Assembly: GCA_000934665.2 (NCBI GenBank)
Contig: JYFJ02002295.1
Coordinates: forward strand, 1-59,560
DNA length: 59,560 nucleotides
Origin: Catajapyx aquilonaris
Taxonomy: Eukaryota
Direction: 5' to 3'
Shown here: positions 52,030-59,560 of the stretch, one piece after another
How the letters are laid out: the number at the start of each line of letters is the position of its first letter
Numbering within the stretch: position 1 is the stretch's first letter
Position numbers and translations under genes: made by a program
The notes under the pieces: generated by a model
Seen by the model: the letters and a program-made list of their open reading frames with translations, nothing else
The model's database searches: none
What the model was told of the DNA's origin: nothing

Positions 52030-52981
52030 TTCGAGTCTGTTACAACTGCTGGATTCAAACTGTATTAACAAGTTATGCAATTCCCTGAATCCATCAAGTA
52101 TAATTATATCATTCTACGTCAAATTTCTTGAAGTAATAAAAAGGGAGCATAGTGTCCATTTATTTAAATTTGTGACTAGCTGCGATACCCGTTCTTCGCA
52201 CGAGAAAAAAGCGGTCAGATTTTTCCCCGTGATCTTCAAATTTCAATTCAGATCTTTCAAAGCATTGCCATTCCCTTGCATATGCAGTGGAAGGGTGTAA
52301 AATTCTGGTTTGTTGTTGAATAATAATAATGCTTGGAAAGATCTCTCTACAAATCTGAACGCCTTTTTCCCGTGCAAAGAACTGGTATAGCAGCTTTTAA
52401 AATATAGAATTTTTTCACCTACAGGATGTGCAGACTCTTAAAGCTGTATTGGGCTTAAGACTGGTCACATTTGCTATCAGTTATTGGCTCAGTTGGGACA
52501 CTCTTTTTCTAACTACAATCAGTTGAACATGATCATCTGGCCTTTCATGGCTGCGTTTTCATGTTTTATTGGTAGTGTGGATATGCTGGGCTCATCAGCG
52601 CTGCAAGCACATGACCTAAAAGGCTCCATGAAATGACACACACAAATGTACATGATAAGAGTAGTTTACTACCAGTGCAGAGGAATACAAAGAGGCCTTA
52701 CACTTCATCAACTAAGACGACAATAGCACCACACGGCTGTCATTTGGCCACAAACACAATAGTGTACAGGCGACACAATAATCGAAGCCTTAGTAGTACC
52801 TTGGAGGCCCACCCCTGATCCATGACATGCCTGTGAGGGAGCATGGTACAAATACACTGTTTGAACATACTGGACAGGTACCTAGTAATGGAGGCAAATA
52901 ATGGTAGTAGTGTTGACCCTGAGAGGAATGGTCTGCAGACGAGACAAATTCTGTGCAGACAAATCCGTTCTGACTGTTTGG

Positions 52982-53260
52982 CTATCCTGCTGCATAACTT
53001 GTCGGATGGTTAGGACTTCTTTGTCCATGCCTTTCCTGGTCATATGTCCTGCGTTTCTCCTTATCATAAGCCTTATTGCGTTTCTCCTTGTCGATCAGCA
53101 CCTGGTAGGCTTCGTATATCTCTTTGAACTTCTCTTCAGGCCCTGGATCCTTGTTCTTGTCTGGATGCCACCTGAGGGCCAGCTTGTGATAGGCTCTCCT
53201 AATGTCCGCATCAATAGCGTTGGATTCAACGTCCAAGATCTCGTAGTAGTCCTTCTGCAT
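52982..53260 (-). CDS. DnaJ/Hsp40 J-domain protein (class B-like), short or pseudogenised
   Basis: [11 protein letters not shown]...[20 protein letters not shown]...[14 protein letters not shown], intact HPD; acceptor tttcag just upstream (53277); AATAAA at 52570-52565. Confidence 0.75.
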   Translation of the reverse strand: MQKDYYEILDVESNAIDADIRRAYHKLALRWHPDKNKDPGPEEKFKEIYEAYQVLIDKEKRNKAYDKEKRRTYDQERHGQRSPNHPTSYAAG

Positions 53261-53364
53261 CACTCTAATCCCTGATCTGAAATAATCAATGGTGCTGGTC
53301 TATACAAGACAATAATGTACTCGTACATGCTGGTACATGGAATTCGAGAAATATAACATACATG

Positions 53365-53510
53365 TATAATTATAAAAAGCAAAGTTTGTTTGTTTGTTTG
53401 TTCATGGAAACAGGTCTCCATGGCATCAAAACATTATTACTTGATTGCTGATTAGAGTAATTATATTTACCATGGAAACAGGCAGTGTGGAGAACCTGCT
53501 CTGCTGCTAG
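53365..53510 (+). mobile_element. Short non-autonomous Helitron-like element
   Basis: (GTTT)n near the 5' end; 3' end accatggaaacaggc...gctgCTAG shared with about 57560-57790. Confidence 0.5.
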
Positions 53511-53514
53511 TATA

Positions 53515-55364
53515 ACAACAACAACAACAACAACATCACGACATTTCCCTATGAGGAGTAGTCAGCGATGAAGGGAGACGCAAGCTAACCCAACATATGA
53601 ACTAATAAAACTCATGAGAATAAACCTAAAAACAACCTGTCCCACCCCCCACCCCTGCCCACCTCAGACATCGCCTTATCCTCAGACATATTTACCTATT
53701 TACCCATTAATTAACCTACGCCATTTACACCTATCCAAACAAACAACCCTAGCCTCAGCCACGTCCATGGTCCTATTGACACAAGAACGTCTAGGCTTAA
53801 AGGGACACTCCACTCAAAATACAAGTTGTGTTCTAAAAATCGGGCAAGAAATCCTGATTCCGAGGGTATAAGCAGTTTTCCTGAGAGACGAACGGTAAGG
53901 CCAGGGCGAGCCGTCAAAGTTCGGAAATTCGAATCTGGCGCAAAAGAGCTGCCCGCCCGGCCCAGTCCGCCCCCTCCGCGCGCGCCGCCAACCGGGGCTT
54001 GGCAGAAATTGCCATTGATTTCAGCCGTCTTTGGTCCGCACGGGTGTCGGGTCGTTGGTTTGCGCCAATTTTGAAGGAGGTTTCCGTGGACGGCATGCTA
54101 CCTATTACCCTGGACAGTAAACTGCTCACCACGACGCCACAGCACTGTCACTTTGCGGGCCAGGGTTTAGACTGGCTCCTGACTGTTTATGAAAGGCCCA
54201 CATCTGCTACCCAGCAGATCCAAAGAACAAAGGCGATCTTCGGGTGGGGAAGGAACGTGACTCATGTGTAAACTCTTAGCACTTGCGAAAGACACGTGTG
54301 AGTCAGCCCTTTCGAATGGGCATATCGGAGTGTACTTGGAAGCAGGCAGGATGGATGGGCAGGGAGCTCCTGATGTCGGTGCTAGCGATGGTGCATTTTG
54401 TGTAGTGTGTCGGTTCCGCATCAATGACGTCATCCACGAGGGTTATCGTCAAAGTTTTTTTTTCATTTCCGCGTCGAAAGGAACAGTTGATGCGCCAATG
54501 GCAAGCAGCGCTGAATTTACCTCCAACGTATGCACCCAAGACAAATCATCGGCTCAATTGGTACGGGAGGAGGCCGTGCGGACTTGGACTGGGAAGCCCT
54601 GCTGGTACGTCGCTCTCAGCAACAGCCGCCGTACCGTCAAGAACATGGTCAAGAAGGTGACTTGGACCTGCACGTGGAGTGTCGGATTCCGCCATCTTTG
54701 AAAAATATACCACACTCAAAGATCAGGGTAACCTCCATGAGTCCCGGCAACCATGTAGGGGACCCTGCCAAAGATGGATGAAATCTCTTCCTATGTCTGC
54801 CCAGACCCGGAAGAGGCGCTGCTCTTTTGCGCCAGATTCGAATTTCCGAACTTTGACGGCTCGCCCTGGCCTTACCGTTCGTCTCTCAGGAAAACTGCTT
54901 ATACCCTCGGAATCAAGATTTCTTGCCCGATTTTTAGAACACAACTTGTATTTTGAGTGGAGTGTCCCTTTAACACTAGCAACACCCTTAAGACACTGAC
55001 CCACCTGGTCAGTGTCTTCCTAGGCCTACCCTTGCCCCTCTTACCAACTACTCCATCCAAATAAACCTTCTTCACAATCTCCTTCTCCTTCATCCTCTCC
55101 ACATGCCCAAACCACCTTAGAGTAGACCTACACACCTCATCTTTAACAGTATCCTTAACATTACGCCTCTGCAAAATCTCCTCATTCCTAATCCTATCGA
55201 ACTTGGTAACCCCACAAACAGCCCGGAGATAACGCATCTCTGTAGCCAACACCCTACTCTTATGCCTATCTGAACAAACCCACGCTTCACTACCATACAT
55301 AAATGAAGGAACAATAACGTGAGAATAAACAGACAACCTACAGGCAGAAGATAAGTCCTTATTT

Positions 55365-55367
<3 letters not shown>
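53515..55367 (-). mobile_element. 5'-truncated RTE-clade LINE, split by the 53801-54969 insertion
   Basis: MYGSEAW...EMRYLR...DRIRNEEI...LRWFGHVERM...GKRGKGRPRK; after the insertion MDVAEARVVCLDRCKWRRLING*; (GTT)n tail; 10-bp TSD tgctagtata at 53505-53514 and 56166-56175. Confidence 0.9.
53801..54969 (+). mobile_element. Kolobok-like non-autonomous DNA transposon with THAP remnant
   Basis: 149-bp TIRs (1 mismatch) starting AGG, TTAA TSD; internal CVVC...SFFSFP...RQW...P...HRL across a +1 frameshift. Confidence 0.8.
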
Positions 55368-55439
<72 letters not shown>

Positions 55440-55440
<1 letters not shown>

Positions 55441-56153
55441 AGTAAAACTTCTATAAGTCGAACTTCCCTAAGTCGAAGTTCTCTATAAGTCGAAGAAAAT
55501 GTTGAGCTTGGTTGGTCACAATGTAAAATAATAGGAAATAAACTTCCCTAACTCGAATTTCTATCTCGAAGTTCTCCATAACTCAAAGTGCAGGCAGGGC
55601 CTTATGATGGGATATCAATGCATTTCCAGTCTCCCTAAGTCAAAGTTCATGTTGGCGAGTACGGAAAATTTTCTCATTTCCCAGCCAAAGGGTCGAGAGT
55701 AGGCCACATGTACAGAAAGGCACAATTTCCTGATCTCCGTCTACCAGACTTACCGAAAGAAGTGTTTGACTCGATTGTGACAATTTATTGAATCCTTGAA
55801 TCTAATATTAGTCTAATAAATTGTCACAATCGAGTCAAACACTTCTTTCGGTACGTCTGGTACTCTGGTAGACGGAGATCAGGAAATTGAGCCTTTCTGT
55901 GACTCCGTTATGGACACTTTCCTATATAGGAAAGTGTCCATAACGGAGTTTTTTTTACACCAAAACAACGAGGAACATTGTAGTGTGATAATGACAGTTA
56001 TTTTTAAGCTTTGAACACCTTTCGTCGCCGAATATAAAGGTATGCTTCCTTATAGAGTTGTGTGCAAAATTCCAAACTTCTCTACCTCGAATCTTCTATA
56101 ACTCGAAGTTTTTTCCCGGTCCCATGGAGATTCGACTTATAGAAGTTTTACTG
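55440..56153. mobile_element. pogo/Tigger-like MITE inserted in (TAA)n
   Basis: TIR CAGTAAAACTTCTATAAGTCGAA, TA TSD, repeated ctataagtcgaa subterminal motifs. Confidence 0.85.
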
Positions 56154-58862
56154 TAATAATAATAATGCTAGTATATTCCGCTTACCAAATTTGCTTCTCA
56201 TTTTAAAGCGCTAATAAGAAATTATTATCCTTAAGCTTTTATCCCTATGTTGACTGCATAGGACTTTAGCTGAATGTTCAATGAGTGTAAATACCTCTCA
56301 CTTCCAAGGAAATTAGTTGTAACTCCTCTCCTTCACGTGTTATTTCCAACCGACTTATCTCAGGACTCAGACTTTTCCTCCGTCACCAGCACCAAGGGTC
56401 CCTGCTCCTCAATCCTCATGGCTGCCACCACAAAGTGCATGATAAAAGCAAATAATATTGAGAAGAAAATCGTCAAAAATACCTGAGCTCGGATCTGAAG
56501 GTCGCCATTTTGGATCTGGCCGAATGTAACGCAGCATCCGATCGAGTAGCAGCGACCTGGTTCGCAGTTATTCGGGACTCCGAATAGCGATTTCATTACA
56601 CTTCAGCCAAAAACAATTCGCGGAAAATCCGCTCGTTGGGCGTAGTGTCGGTTTGACCTCAGGCAAGGGTGGAAGGTTGGGGAGGTGACTGATGAGGGTC
56701 GGGTTGGTTTGAAAAAAGGATTGCAAAAAGAGTTAATTGTTTTATTACTGAGACCCTCTCCTTCCGACTTGCAGGAGTGTTGGGTGGGCAGACGACCTGC
56801 TGGGGAGGGAAGTCACAGGGCGAGTGTTAGGGATTTGTCGCAGGGACTAGGGAGATGGAAAAGGTTTGTTTTGAAAGCACAAATGAATGAGTCATGTGGA
56901 TGCAGACTTGCGGAAATCAATAAACAAGTAATTTCGGTCGTATAAGAACTTCATGCAGTTTATGTTTTAAAAGACAAGCAATATTTTAAGTGAATGCTAC
57001 TATAATCTCGGTATTTGTATTCCAATGAATCCCACCCACCACCAAGAAACTAAACTGTACTTTCCCACTACGGGTCGGACACAGCGGTCAGAGACGGTGG
57101 GCCCCACGTCAATGGAGGTGAGACACGCGCTGGTCATAGCACCCTGGTGGGTTTTGTCCGCGCAGTGACTCATCACCAACGTGCATCTAGTAGGCTACGA
57201 TACTTTCCTCCTAAGCATGGCAGTAGTGTGCAGAGGGACAGCATATGCTCCACCTGGTAGGGGCCTATCATATTACTTCCAAGGGAGGGGGTGGGCCAAG
57301 TAGTGTTGCTGAATTTTGGCAACGAGTCCTATGAATATTGTTAAATAGGTAATTGGCAATTGGTTAATTGGGAATATGCGTGTTATGGGTGTTAGGTACA
57401 TTTTCGGAAGCTGAAACATGCGGCATTAAATTCCTTGAAAAATGTAACTCCCGATATGCTAATTTAAGGCGGTGTAGGGGCCTTCCCCCGGATTTCTATA
57501 AGGGACAAACATCCAAACATCCAAACATCCAAACTGACAAACTTCCTTATTTATAGAGATAGAGATATAGGACAAGCAAACAAACTTTGCCATGGCAACG
57601 AGTTACCATAACAAGAAGAATGTGAAGAACGGGTTCCTCTTTGGTGTTGCCATGGTGACGTTAACACAATACCATAGAAACAATGGCATTCGACATTATC
57701 AATGGCCCCATATGGGTATCAGCAATGTTGATTGTAGTTGATTGCATTACCATGGAAACAGGCCGTGCGAAGAGCAAGTTCCGCTGCTAGTTTGGTACAC
57801 TGTTAGTACAGTAGCCTCGTTGTCAAATGTTTGCCAATATTGTTCCTGCACTAAATTAGTAAACACACCTGCGTTAATTGATTCACTTTCACTCAACCTT
57901 GTAAGATCCAACTCGAAATGGTTTCAAACAGCCCGCCCACCACTCTGGTCAAGCTTGGTTCATTTGTAATTCCCGCCACACCCCTGCCGCATTAAATTTT
58001 AAAAATCCGACTCGATTAAAAACTATATTGTATTACCCTAGCAACTACAATAACAAAAGGTTATTAGTAAGGAAAACACAGGATATCCAGAGCGTGCTCA
58101 GAGCCACCTGACCAGTGACCACCTCTCTCAGAACATTCCATTCCGAAGATCCAAACAGGTCCACCGCAGCGGACGCATGAGCGGACGGTCGGGAAGGTCG
58201 TGTTGAGGTTTACTGCCGCGTTTGTCTGATTGCCGCAGTCTTTACATTCACTGAGGCGTTTATTTTTGCCCTGCCAACCGCTCCACACAACTTCATTGGG
58301 TCTTCCACATAACCAATTTTCAACAGCGGATTTCACGCGACCTCCTCAGCTCTTGGCGGCCCAGGTAACATTATTTTGTAATGTTAGATTTTACGAAGGG
58401 TCTTAACATGGGGCCTGGTTACTTTCAGATTCCACATTTCGTCACTCTTGGATTGCCTCTGTGACCATCTAGTAGCCAGGACTAGTGGTGCTATTACAGC
58501 TAGGTGTTGAGGACCAGTAGGATCCCGGAATATCAGGTGAGTTTGGAACACATTCATTGCTGGCACCAATATATTTTTTGCTAGTCATCTTCCGAGGCTT
58601 GATTCTGCTGTGATGTGCTGTTATGGTCTGTCTAGGGCTTAGGGCAAGGTTGCAGTGGCTGGTTGCCCTTTCCCATTGTAATTTATTGAAACCTTAATGA
58701 TTGGATACAACGATGCATGGTGAGTTACAATAGTAATGGTCAAACAACAGCAGCAGTCCAAGTCTAGACAGACCATAACGTTCAGTCATATTTCCTAGAT
58801 GCACTCTAGCATACAGATCAGAAATTCTTAGGGCAGAATGTGGCCCAATCCATGGTCAGGTG

Positions 58863-58972
58863 CAGGGATGGAAAAAGAACCGCTTCTTGGAAGGAAGAGG
58901 TTCTTTTTTCCATGTTCAGGGTTGGAAAAAAGAACCGCTTCCTTCCAAGAAGTGGTTCTTTTTCCATCCCTG
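58863..58972. mobile_element. 110-bp hAT-type MITE
   Basis: CAGGGATGGAAAAAGAACC TIRs; perfect 8-bp TSD gtcaggtg. Confidence 0.85.
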
Positions 58973-59560
58973 GTCAGGTGTGATTAGGGGAGAGAATAAT
59001 TGGCACTACTGGGAAGTGTTTACTGTTTATTGGTGCTGTTGTAAATGTAGGCCTACTAGTAATGTCACTAATGTGTACTATGCCATGTGATGATTTTTCT
59101 ATGATATGCTGGCAATAATAATATTATTAATATATTATTATCTACGGTTGGGGGTGATAATTCATATAGCCTGAGCCTATGACTTTGGAGGCTGCTCTAC
59201 AGAAGGCAATATTTACAAGTGCAAAATGTAAAATTACATTCGAATTAGTTAAATGGTGTCACTTTGTTGCCATTACTAAGCAAATCACAAAAGCAATAAT
59301 AACAAAGGCACTGTCACTGATAACTTCTTAAAATTGGAACATGCAAACTGCACAGTTAATGTAGGAGTATATACGCTCACACTTATTATTTTGCTACCTT
59401 CGTCCTCTTGTCTGGGATGCATTTACTGCTCACCCGTAGCTGAGAGATCGCAAATGTGTCAACCCTGTTTCTCTGGCTCTAAAAGTCAATTTGGTCCTAC
59501 AGGGACGAAGCCATGGCGTGGTCAGCAGGGGAATATCAGATGAGTCTAGAGGGAGAAGAT

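Noticed and set aside
53614..55004. Cluster of overlapping ORFs with duplicated peptides
   Set aside because: Produced by the GC-rich TIRs and interior of the Kolobok-like element.

Overview
Eukaryotic, AT-rich, intron-containing DNA of arthropod type, dense in small transposable elements. Three genes can be supported. (1) A minus-strand trissin neuropeptide precursor (CDS exons 8613-8583 and 7286-6904), absent from the ORF track. (2) A divergently oriented plus-strand multi-exon Stubble/Notopleural-type trypsin-like serine protease (clip/disulfide knot, Thr/Pro/Lys stalk, protease domain; about 34538-46776). (3) A minus-strand DnaJ J-domain ORF (53260-52982). A probable last exon of an upstream gene sits at the window start. 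The rest holds tRNA-derived SINEs with swapped tails, palindromic Tc1/mariner- and pogo-like MITEs, hAT-, Sola-, Kolobok- and Helitron-like elements, LINE fragments, nested insertions and loop-less perfect palindromes. The most unusual unexplained object is a duplicated ~330 bp unit (5441-5772, 12689-13016). It encodes a tRNA-like fold without an anticodon arm, enclosed in a long stem, with an upstream TATA and a TTTTT terminator, and is a candidate Pol III ncRNA. All calls come from manual reading; no database search was run.
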